A stretch of 64,000 nucleotides of DNA from IMG/VR virus record IMGVR_UViG_3300010885_031309; one strand, given 5' to 3'. The notes beneath the pieces are model-generated. The model had not been told where the DNA came from. It did no database searches and worked only from the letters and a program-made list of their open reading frames with translations. Both the position numbers and the translations under genes were made by a program. Below are positions 48,398-57,027 of this stretch, piece by piece. This DNA is from a virus. Lineage: Duplodnaviria > Caudoviricetes. Position 1 is the stretch's first letter. Each line of letters starts with the position of its first letter.

Positions 48398-51316
48398 TCA
48401 GCAATCGCAGTTACATATAGTTACTGTATCTATAGCATCTGTAGTACTATAACTTGCATCATCCGTGGTCACTAGATTATCTGGAACTGGATCTGTTCCT
48501 GTGTATGGAGATCCAGCAAAGCTACCGGGAACAGTGGTGTTTCCCAGTCTGACGGGTGTTGGGGGTGGATCTATCTGCACTGACAAACATGCGTTGCCTA
48601 GATTGTATCCACTGCCACTATTGACGACAACTATTTTAGATATGCTTCCATTTTCAACAACAGCTTGTGCTACTGCCCCAGACCCAGAACCACCGAATAC
48701 ACCACCGCATGGTCCAATTCTTACAGATGGTGGATTTTGATTGCTGTATCCATTTCCTTCGGACAGTATACCGATACTTGCTATTCCTCCGTTATTTGTC
48801 AACTCAAATACTTCTGCTGTTGCTTGATTAGTAATCACTGTATCGGGCACATCATTATCCAATTCACCGCCAACATTTATTATTCTTTGTGCGTTGCGAC
48901 TTTCTCTCATCATAGCAATTAAGGATTGTCCGCCCAATAAGGTATTATCTGAAATTGCCTCAAGCACTGGTGCCTCTTGTCCGTATTCTGTTTTAAGTGC
49001 GTAATTTTCTACACTTCGGACAAAAGACTGAAATTCTGTTCCATTGATAAATCCATAAATTTCTTCATTTGTAGTAATTGCCAGTGGTATAGCTCGCTGT
49101 TCAATATATAACTGCTGTCCGATTTTATCCCAGTAGTAATTTAATTTTTCATATAACTGTGGATCTGTAGTAGTTAATTTTAATATTTCTAAATTAGCTG
49201 CATCAATCAAGTCTTGAATTGAATTTTCATATTCTGTTTCATATATGTATATCGCAGTGTATGCGTCTACTCTACTTGTTAGTGGTTGCGTGACTGTTAC
49301 TACAGTGTTAGTTCCATTAAAGCTACTACTTAAAACAGTATAGCTATTTGCACCGGTTGAATTAAAAGATATTATTTTTCCACTGGTCAGTATTGCGGTC
49401 AGATTATGCTGCACAACAATTGTTGTTGTGCTAGCTAAAGCAGTTTCTTGTGTGCAAAATAAAGTGTAGGCGTATTTTGCTTCCCAGCTTGGTGCTGGAT
49501 TAACGATAGTATCTTGATATCCTTTTCCACGACTAATTAGAGCCCAATTATTGTTTAATGATTTTTGATACAATTTGTCGTACACAATCTTGAGCGTGGT
49601 ATCGGGAACTCTGCTAATTGTTTCTATAAATTGTTGATAATAATCGCGATACGGGTATCCGCTTGCTGCTCCAAAGAAATCACACTGTCTGTAAGTACCG
49701 CCATTTCCACTACCAAGTGCAATCAAGCTTAGCATATCGTTGACTGTTGTTAAGTTAACCGCACTGCTATCTGCGCTATTAATTAACGGTAGTGCTTTGT
49801 CTGTTACTTCAAGATTAGCAACAGTTTGTGCTAGCTTTTCGGTATTCATTAGACGAATGTTTTTAATTTGACTCATGGTCATCATGAAAGCGCCGGCAGC
49901 AATAGTCAACTCATCTGACAATATTCCCGATAGATACTCTCCCCAATTTTCTATTCTGTTGTTAACGCCAGTTTCAGTATAGATGAAATCATATACTTTG
50001 CTTGTTGCTGGATTATTAATACTGTATTTTGGAATAGTAAGTGTTCTATAACTATTAGGAAACATTTTTTGTGGGTTTAATAGATCCACAAGAGAAACTA
50101 GATTTTCAGTTGTACAATTTAGTATCAACTTTATGTTTTCCAGATCTTGTCCCCGTATTAAATCCAGAGCCGCATATATCTGTTTTTCTTGTGCAACAGA
50201 TGGTATGTAAAAGCTTTCAAATATCTTACTTAATTCAATTGTTGTTAGATCGTTGTACAACAATGCCAACTTCAATGCGTCTGTAAGAGCTCCGTGCGCC
50301 TGTAAATTTAATAAAAATTTACTTGGTAATCCAAATTTATCTATATTGGACATGTTCAATGATTTGCCCAATTTAATCATATCATTTCCAAATAGTTTGA
50401 ATGCTAAACTGACTCCAGCAATATCACTGGTGGTCAAATCATTCATGTTACTGAAGTTACCTTTTAGAAAAGTTTTGCTATTTACAAATGATGCAATTTC
50501 TAAATTTTTAGATTGTTTCCAATTATGACAGTGTTCAAAGCTTTTTATTATTTCTGTGTATTGATTTTTTCTTCTTGTTAGATGATCGGACCATAATTCA
50601 TAGTATGCTTGTCTTGCAACTGTTGCTATAAATCCATGCTTAAAATATTCATCATATTCAATTAGATTTTTATCTCGCTCTCTTAAATCTGGTCTTGGAA
50701 AATACGCGAATTCATAAGTATCAGACCAATACACATTGTTTTCAAATTTATTTCTTGATGGCCAACCAATTACCCATCCATATGGGTGATTCCATTGATG
50801 CTCATATGAGTACGGACCACTAGTTGTTGATCCCCATGTGTTGTATACATAACTGTATGCTCCAGATTTAGGATAATCTTTCGGCGGATAGATTTCATTT
50901 ACTATAGTAATATCGGAAGTAGTTACTGATGTATTACCAAACTCATCAACTGTTTGATAATTCCAGGTACCGTAACCAGCATAGCTAGTCTTAAATGTAT
51001 CGGGTCTGCTGTTTCCTAATGCAGGACAATTTATTCTGTTGTCGTTTGCGCGATTAATTGGTCTTCCAATTTTTAATATATTTCTGTAGAGTTCAACACT
51101 GATTATATTATTTTTTGCGAGATTGTAGAAATTCGGAATTGATTGTGTCAGCTTGTTTAACACTGTGGAAGTAGTAATTGTTCCCTGGGTATAATTATTA
51201 GAAGACCAAGTACCCTGAAAAGAACGAGCGATATCGGATACAAAGAATACTCTGTTTTTTTGTAGTTCTCCGTAGACATTTAGTCCCAGAGAAGTAAATT
51301 TTCCCGTAAAACTCAT
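48398..51316 (-). CDS. Large virion structural (baseplate/tail-associated) protein
   Basis: 972 aa; G.GA.A...i.v.nsGSGY repeats; adjacent to PAAR. Confidence 0.6.
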   Translation of the reverse strand: MSFTGKFTSLGLNVYGELQKNRVFFVSDIARSFQGTWSSNNYTQGTITTSTVLNKLTQSIPNFYNLAKNNIISVELYRNILKIGRPINRANDNRINCPALGNSRPDTFKTSYAGYGTWNYQTVDEFGNTSVTTSDITIVNEIYPPKDYPKSGAYSYVYNTWGSTTSGPYSYEHQWNHPYGWVIGWPSRNKFENNVYWSDTYEFAYFPRPDLRERDKNLIEYDEYFKHGFIATVARQAYYELWSDHLTRRKNQYTEIIKSFEHCHNWKQSKNLEIASFVNSKTFLKGNFSNMNDLTTSDIAGVSLAFKLFGNDMIKLGKSLNMSNIDKFGLPSKFLLNLQAHGALTDALKLALLYNDLTTIELSKIFESFYIPSVAQEKQIYAALDLIRGQDLENIKLILNCTTENLVSLVDLLNPQKMFPNSYRTLTIPKYSINNPATSKVYDFIYTETGVNNRIENWGEYLSGILSDELTIAAGAFMMTMSQIKNIRLMNTEKLAQTVANLEVTDKALPLINSADSSAVNLTTVNDMLSLIALGSGNGGTYRQCDFFGAASGYPYRDYYQQFIETISRVPDTTLKIVYDKLYQKSLNNNWALISRGKGYQDTIVNPAPSWEAKYAYTLFCTQETALASTTTIVVQHNLTAILTSGKIISFNSTGANSYTVLSSSFNGTNTVVTVTQPLTSRVDAYTAIYIYETEYENSIQDLIDAANLEILKLTTTDPQLYEKLNYYWDKIGQQLYIEQRAIPLAITTNEEIYGFINGTEFQSFVRSVENYALKTEYGQEAPVLEAISDNTLLGGQSLIAMMRESRNAQRIINVGGELDNDVPDTVITNQATAEVFELTNNGGIASIGILSEGNGYSNQNPPSVRIGPCGGVFGGSGSGAVAQAVVENGSISKIVVVNSGSGYNLGNACLSVQIDPPPTPVRLGNTTVPGSFAGSPYTGTDPVPDNLVTTDDASYSTTDAIDTVTICNCDC

Positions 51317-51600
51317 GATACTATTACATCTTCGCTTCCCTCAACAATGCTGTGCCCGCAACTATTTCCACTAGTTATTCGTAGTACATTTGCACCTTCG
51401 CATATTACATCTGTACTAGCACTAGTAGTGCGAGCTTTCTTGTGAGGGGGATGTCTCTTTCTATTCCAGGGAGCGTGAGGAGAAATAGGACTTACATGTA
51501 ATCCAACTGGAATTCCATTGCATAACACATCCGTGGCGCCGCGTTCTATAGCTCCGCCAACTTGATTTTTATCGCCTTTTCTACTCAGTTTATTTCCCAT
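51313..51600 (-). CDS. PAAR spike-tip protein
   Basis: LSRKGD...CNG.P...H...PH...S..V.CEG...G.SCGH.IVEGS.DV. Confidence 0.85.
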   Translation of the reverse strand: MGNKLSRKGDKNQVGGAIERGATDVLCNGIPVGLHVSPISPHAPWNRKRHPPHKKARTTSASTDVICEGANVLRITSGNSCGHSIVEGSEDVIVS

Positions 51601-51602
51601 TT

Positions 51603-51908
51603 TTATCCTAACACTATTTTTTTACTGGTGGTTGCTATTCCAGTAGTCGCTTCAATATACTTCATTCTGATTGCATCGGCTGTTTCACAATGCATCGTGA
51701 CTGTATTAGTATTTAGTGTTACTGGTTTATCATGTTCGGCAGTAAACATACTTGGAACTAAACCCATGCCTTGATGATTTGGGGCAACACTAAGTGGCTC
51801 TGATAGCAATAGAGTCGTTGCTGTGGCTTCAATTACTTTGCCGATGACTTCCTCTCCCGATGAGAGTTTAAAAGTCAACACCTCTCCGACTAAATTAGAA
51901 TAACTCAT
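51603..51908 (-). CDS. Conserved T4-like phage hypothetical protein
   Basis: FKLSSGEEVIG...P motif. Confidence 0.7.
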   Translation of the reverse strand: MSYSNLVGEVLTFKLSSGEEVIGKVIEATATTLLLSEPLSVAPNHQGMGLVPSMFTAEHDKPVTLNTNTVTMHCETADAIRMKYIEATTGIATTSKKIVLG

Positions 51909-52126
51909 AACAATCTTTCTTGTAATTCTTTAAATCCACCAACGCACACATCACCAAAAAATATCTGCGGAACTGATCTGGCGCTTGGCGCAACTGCTAA
52001 TAAATCGTCTCTGGTCCAGCCGTCTCCGATTTTTCTTTCTTCGTAGTCTACGCTCTTGCTCTTTAAAAGAGCCTTTGATTGCTCACATTGTGAGCAATTC
52101 TCTTTACTCCATACTATAACTTTCAT
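51905..52126 (-). CDS. Glutaredoxin
   Basis: CSQC, RSVPQIF, VGGF. Confidence 0.9.
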   Translation of the reverse strand: MKVIVWSKENCSQCEQSKALLKSKSVDYEERKIGDGWTRDDLLAVAPSARSVPQIFFGDVCVGGFKELQERLL

Positions 52127-52150
52127 ATTATTCTCCTTATTTACTTAGCA

Positions 52151-53251
52151 TCAAATATCAGGCAGCAAAAGTTTATCAACGCTATCACTTAATACTCCAA
52201 TAACATAGTTCGTACTTTCAGACTCTTGAAGTGCTACCTGCTTTTTATTAATATTGGTATGTTTTGTGAACCATGGAATAGGAGTGCTTTTTGGATGCTG
52301 TACTTGATACTTGATTCCAATATCTTTTAGACGAGTGTAGGCTGTCCAATCCACAAAATCTTTAAGAATTTCGGCATTTAGCCCAATTACTGGTCCTTTC
52401 TTGAACAGATAATCAGCCCATGCTTTTTCTTCTGCAATCACAGACTCGTACATGCTGTAAACTTCAGCAGCACACTCGTCAACAACGACTGCAAAACGTG
52501 AATCTTCCTTTACTACTTGATTAATAATCCATGCAGTCCAGTCAGCGTGTAGTAATTCATCCTGTAGTATTAGACTAATAATATTACCATTGCCGATGTA
52601 GATTTTGTTTTCTACCATGGCTAGACTTGTAGCAAATGAAACCATAAAACGCAGTGCCTCAAGTGCGTAACTGGCATGTAGTGCTAGCCATATTGCTTTG
52701 ATGTGATGACTTTCAGCGACATCGGTACCTGTTTCTTTGAAACAATTCAGTGTGTGTAAGGCATCATAATACTTACCAACACTGCTGGCCATTTCAACGA
52801 TTTCACTCGTGTCGTGAATGGTATTAAATACATCCTTAGGGACACCATAGATGTTTCTGATGATGTGTGAGTATGACTTAGAGTGAATGTTTGTTTCAAA
52901 AAAACTCCAGTTACTAACCAATGCTTCTAACTCTGGGATAGAGATAACTGGTCCGAATACTTGTGCAGGAGCACGACCTTGAATACTGTCCAGTGCAGTT
53001 TGCCGCAATAAGTTACTAGTAAAGATATGCTTGATGGCCTCAGTGGCATCTTTATGATCCATCTTGTCTTTTGTCAATGAGATTTCTTCTGGAACCCAAA
53101 AGAATCCCCGCGCCGTATCCTCGTACTTTTGAAGTTTGGGATACTTAACTTCTTCAAACCTTTGAATTACTACCGGACCCTCTGGGTCTAGAAACATTGT
53201 TCGCTGTAGATAGTTTGTTTTCTTTGATAAATTGTATTGTTCTTTAGACAT
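52151..53251 (-). CDS. nrdB: Ribonucleotide reductase class Ia beta subunit
   Basis: FFWVPEEI, LDSIQG, ETNIHSKSY, LEALRF.VSF, DELLH, QE.E...Y. Confidence 0.95.
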   Translation of the reverse strand: MSKEQYNLSKKTNYLQRTMFLDPEGPVVIQRFEEVKYPKLQKYEDTARGFFWVPEEISLTKDKMDHKDATEAIKHIFTSNLLRQTALDSIQGRAPAQVFGPVISIPELEALVSNWSFFETNIHSKSYSHIIRNIYGVPKDVFNTIHDTSEIVEMASSVGKYYDALHTLNCFKETGTDVAESHHIKAIWLALHASYALEALRFMVSFATSLAMVENKIYIGNGNIISLILQDELLHADWTAWIINQVVKEDSRFAVVVDECAAEVYSMYESVIAEEKAWADYLFKKGPVIGLNAEILKDFVDWTAYTRLKDIGIKYQVQHPKSTPIPWFTKHTNINKKQVALQESESTNYVIGVLSDSVDKLLLPDI

Positions 53252-53293
53252 TTGATTGTTCCTTTTATAGTAATCCTGCAGTTCTACTGGTTG

Positions 53294-53905
53294 TCATTTT
53301 CTATATTTCCCACTCGTCAATACGATCTTACAAATATGTTCCATTCTCTCTGCATGTTCAAATGCACGCCAGGGACTAGTGTCTACTGCAACTATGCCGT
53401 GCCTGTCTATTCCCACAATGTGATTGTAGACTCCGCCATCACTGTGTAAATTTAGTGCTGATATAGACTCATCAGCAAGTACTTGACTAATTGGTGGGAC
53501 ATTAGGTACATTTCTCCCAACACGAGTATATCGTCCTAGTTCTGGAAATTCCTTGACTAGGTCGGCAAGTTGGATTCCAGCATACATAGCAGCAACTGTA
53601 TATGTAGGATGCATGTGTAACACAACACGCACCTCAGTATCAATTTTGCGTTGTAGACCCCAGTGTAGAGGTAATTCTCCACTGGGTTTCAGTGCGCCAC
53701 TTAGATCGGTGTATGATAACGCACACTGTGCATTGATGTCCCATTTGATAAACATTTCTGGCTGTAGTGTTTGCTTTCGTATACCACTTGGTGTGATATA
53801 CATATGATCGCGATCACGCCAACGAACACTGGCATTACCATCACGAGCAGTAATCCAATTACGCTTATATGCTTCTTGAAATATTTCGCTTACTGTTTCT
53901 AACAT
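53294..53905 (-). CDS. Class II aldolase/adducin-family protein
   Basis: DGNAS, ITPSG..K, PSGELPLH, VLHMHP, HGIVA. Confidence 0.85.
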   Translation of the reverse strand: MLETVSEIFQEAYKRNWITARDGNASVRWRDRDHMYITPSGIRKQTLQPEMFIKWDINAQCALSYTDLSGALKPSGELPLHWGLQRKIDTEVRVVLHMHPTYTVAAMYAGIQLADLVKEFPELGRYTRVGRNVPNVPPISQVLADESISALNLHSDGGVYNHIVGIDRHGIVAVDTSPWRAFEHAERMEHICKIVLTSGKYRK

Positions 53906-53916
53906 TTAATTATTTC

Positions 53917-54900
53917 CTATAATTTGCAGCTTTCGCATTGTGATTCATCATCTTGTGTCATTTCTGTTGAGGTAGTAAACTGAACTACATTATCAGCTTC
54001 AGACAACCCTTTCTTAGCGCCCATCTTATTGATCAAACTATAATATACGGTTTTTCCACCCCAGTAGTTATACAACATAAGATTCTTTGCTACTAGCGTG
54101 GCTGGAACCTTATTACCTTCATAATGAGCGGGATTATAGAAAGTATTAGTACTAATACTCTGATCTACATATGCGGCTAGCACTGCCGCAGTCTTTAGAT
54201 AATCAAGACAGTCGTTTTGATCCCACATCAATTGATACTTGTTCTTTAGTCGCTTGTACTCTGGTACGACTTGAACAAAGCTTCCTGCTTTGCTTTCTTT
54301 TACACTGACCAGTTCCATAGGCATTTCAATGCCATTAGTGCTGTTCAATACTACACTAGAACTTTCAACAGGGGCGATTGCGAGAAGCACAGCATTACGA
54401 ATGCCAGACTTTAGTAACCGACTGCGTAACGGCTCCCAATCTAGACTTGGCGTAAAATCGGTTAGATCATTAACACCTTCTGCTCTACGCTCCCACGGGA
54501 AAACACCACGGCCATACCAGGTGTGTTCGCTACGAGCACATGCGCCTCGTTCCTCTGCTAGTTCAATACTAGCTTCAGTTAAGTAATATGCCTGATGTTC
54601 TATAAACTTTTTTGTTATTGCTAATCCTTCAGAAGAACCGTAAGTGAGGTTTCTTTTAGCCAGAAAATATGCTAAGTTGGTAATACCGATACCCAATGGT
54701 TCGAAATCACGATTAGCTAGTTCACTTTGAATGCTTAGAAAGTCTTGATAATTTAGTAGATTACTCAATGAACGAACTAATATACGGCAAGCTTTACGCA
54801 TATCTTGTGGATTTCGAAAAGCACCCCAATTGATACTCCCAAGAGTACAAAGAGCCACTCTACCACCTTCATTAATACATTCTTTTTTTACTATTTTCAT
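53917..54900 (-). CDS. nrdA: NrdA C-terminal fragment (piece 3) with short non-RNR N-terminal tag
   Basis: MKIVKKECINEG + GRVALCTLGSINW...AIAPVESSS...STN...KTVYY...CESCKL. Confidence 0.92.
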   Translation of the reverse strand: MKIVKKECINEGGRVALCTLGSINWGAFRNPQDMRKACRILVRSLSNLLNYQDFLSIQSELANRDFEPLGIGITNLAYFLAKRNLTYGSSEGLAITKKFIEHQAYYLTEASIELAEERGACARSEHTWYGRGVFPWERRAEGVNDLTDFTPSLDWEPLRSRLLKSGIRNAVLLAIAPVESSSVVLNSTNGIEMPMELVSVKESKAGSFVQVVPEYKRLKNKYQLMWDQNDCLDYLKTAAVLAAYVDQSISTNTFYNPAHYEGNKVPATLVAKNLMLYNYWGGKTVYYSLINKMGAKKGLSEADNVVQFTTSTEMTQDDESQCESCKL

Positions 54901-55593
54901 TTATTTTTCCTTATTTTTACAATTTTCAAAATGCCATCTTTTCATCTGACTAATTCCGCCAAATAATCCACAGTGCAGGCATTCTATTTTTTCTCTAGGT
55001 CCTCTAAGATTATTTTTATGAGATTCTGATTTGGGTTTTCTCATATTACGCTTATGCTGTTCAGATTTAGGAACACCTTTGGTAGACTCTGAAATTGAGT
55101 TTGCCATTTTTAGTAAAGAGTTTTTTGATAATTTTCTGCCGGTGGATGATGCTACCCTTTTCATTCTCAGTTCATTGGCTTTTGTATTGCCATATATTTC
55201 TTCATAAGTTTTACCTTTAGAAGAACTCTCAACACCCCACATTGGATTTTTATCTCCAGACATGTCTCTATTGACGATGCCTTTTATATAATTTTCACAC
55301 ATAGACGTATCGCCACCATCGCCAGATTCAGGTCTTATGTTAGCCCACTCATTACTTTCTACTATGTTCCATAGATTGCTGTAATAAATTCCCCATTCCT
55401 TCAATTCTTCCGTAGTCTGACATTCTCTGAGAATCTCAGTAGTAACATCATTACCGTGTTTGTTGATATGATTACACCAGTATGTTCCAGAACCCTGATA
55501 CTTGAACGGGTCTTGGGTAGTTTTACCTAAATACTTTAGTCCAGTAGTATTGTGAGTTTTCTTGTATAGATACGATAATTTATGTGTTTTCAT
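54901..55593 (-). mobile_element. GIY-YIG (Seg-like) endonuclease inserted in nrdA
   Basis: YLY...KYLGKT...YQGSG...WAN; NPMWG; stop abuts piece 3 ATG. Confidence 0.85.
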
Positions 55594-55742
55594 TGGTATC
55601 CCTTGTCAATTTTTCTACTCTATCTATCCATTCAGTTAGATTCCGTAGAATTTCAGAGAGAGAGGCTTCTTATTCCTATTTTCAAATAAATGTTTATTTT
55701 TCTCTCTCCACTCTAAAACTTCTCTTGGTATATAATATTCGC

Positions 55743-56030
55743 TCATACCAATAAGTTCTCAATATCATCATCTTCAGTCAACTCACGAACTTTTTTACGG
55801 GTACCGTCAGTCAGCAATACTTTATGTTCGCCTCTCAACGTAACTTCTTGTCCATCATCTAGCGTCAATTTTAATGTGCCCTCGTCTTCTAGTCGCTGAA
55901 ATGGCTTAGTTGGAAGAAGAATTTCGCAGTTGTGAACGAGAATGTTGTTGGCAAAAAAACAGTGGGTATCTTCAACTGTTATGTCGTATACATCTGTGGG
56001 CTCTACCTGAACTTTTCTAATTTTTATCAT
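55743..56030 (-). CDS. nrdA: NrdA piece 2: split-intein C part (55929-56030) + 17-aa RNR segment (55878-55928) + intein-like tail
   Basis: VYDITVEDTHCFFANNILVHN|CEILLPTKPFQRLEDEG|TLKLTLDDGQEVTLRGEHKVLL... Confidence 0.9.
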   Translation of the reverse strand: MIKIRKVQVEPTDVYDITVEDTHCFFANNILVHNCEILLPTKPFQRLEDEGTLKLTLDDGQEVTLRGEHKVLLTDGTRKKVRELTEDDDIENLLV

Positions 56031-56031
56031 G

Positions 56032-57027
56032 TTATACCTTTATTTTTCCTGGGACATAGTGATCATAAGTTTTAATGAATTCTTCTATGTTGGTTATACG
56101 GATGTTATTAATGCCGTCATTATACCATCGATGTTTGCTTGATTCAATCGACAGTTTTTCTTTTTGTGAGTTGCTTCTGTGATAAGGATTGTATTTTATG
56201 TTAGTTCCAATATGCTTATTAACTTCGTCAACCAGATCGTTGAAAGATTGATAGTTGTTTTCTATCCACTTTAGTGAAATTTTCTTGAACTCACCAAACT
56301 CTTTAGACATTTCTATTTTCAATATGTTCAGTTTCAAGTGCTCATCTTCTGTGGCTTTAGCAACACACTGCCATAATCTTTCTCTTCGATCTTGTGTAAG
56401 CTCTTTGTAGTTGTTATTGTTGGATCCACGTTGTGATTTTCTATTTTCAGTCTTTGTTGGGGATGGCACCCCCTTACTATGATGCACCCATTCTCCAGAT
56501 AGTACTTTTTCATGATTTACTGACACTGATCCCATACTTTCGCGAGTTATAGCGTCAACGACTGGCATCATTCCTCTTCTTGCTTTGCTTATGCTTTCGT
56601 TTCCTATTTTTCTAAGATGTTCCATTTGTGTAAGTAACTCACGATCAACATCTGACAGATTTACTTGTCTAGCATGATTGCTAACTGCTTTAGTAAAGAA
56701 AAACTGTAGCGCCGATCCCGCTGAGTACTCATAACGAGTGCCTTTGTAGATTTCATAAAGATAATAATGACACATCAAGTGCTCCGCAAAAGTTAGTAGC
56801 ACGATATTTTCTTTACTATTTGGATTGCCATCTAAATGGCCCATTGGGCCTTTTCTCTTTCTGTTTTTGAAAAGAAAGTCTGGAACTACATGATGCTTTT
56901 CGTAATAGAAATCTCTACCCTTGACTCTGTTCTCTGAACGAGCGTTATCAATTATTTCTTTATATTTCTGTTTATACATACGAATGTCTCCATACGTATT
57001 TATTTCGGCAATCAAACTTCTGAACAT
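56032..57027 (-). mobile_element. HNH endonuclease between the split-intein halves
   Basis: EKHHVVP...N..ENIVLLT..EH..CH. Confidence 0.85.

Noticed and set aside
55594-55742. Group I intron joining nrdA pieces 2 and 3
   Set aside because: AT-rich with only a GAGAGAG/CTCTCTC hairpin; no P7 R/S elements like those in the four tRNA introns
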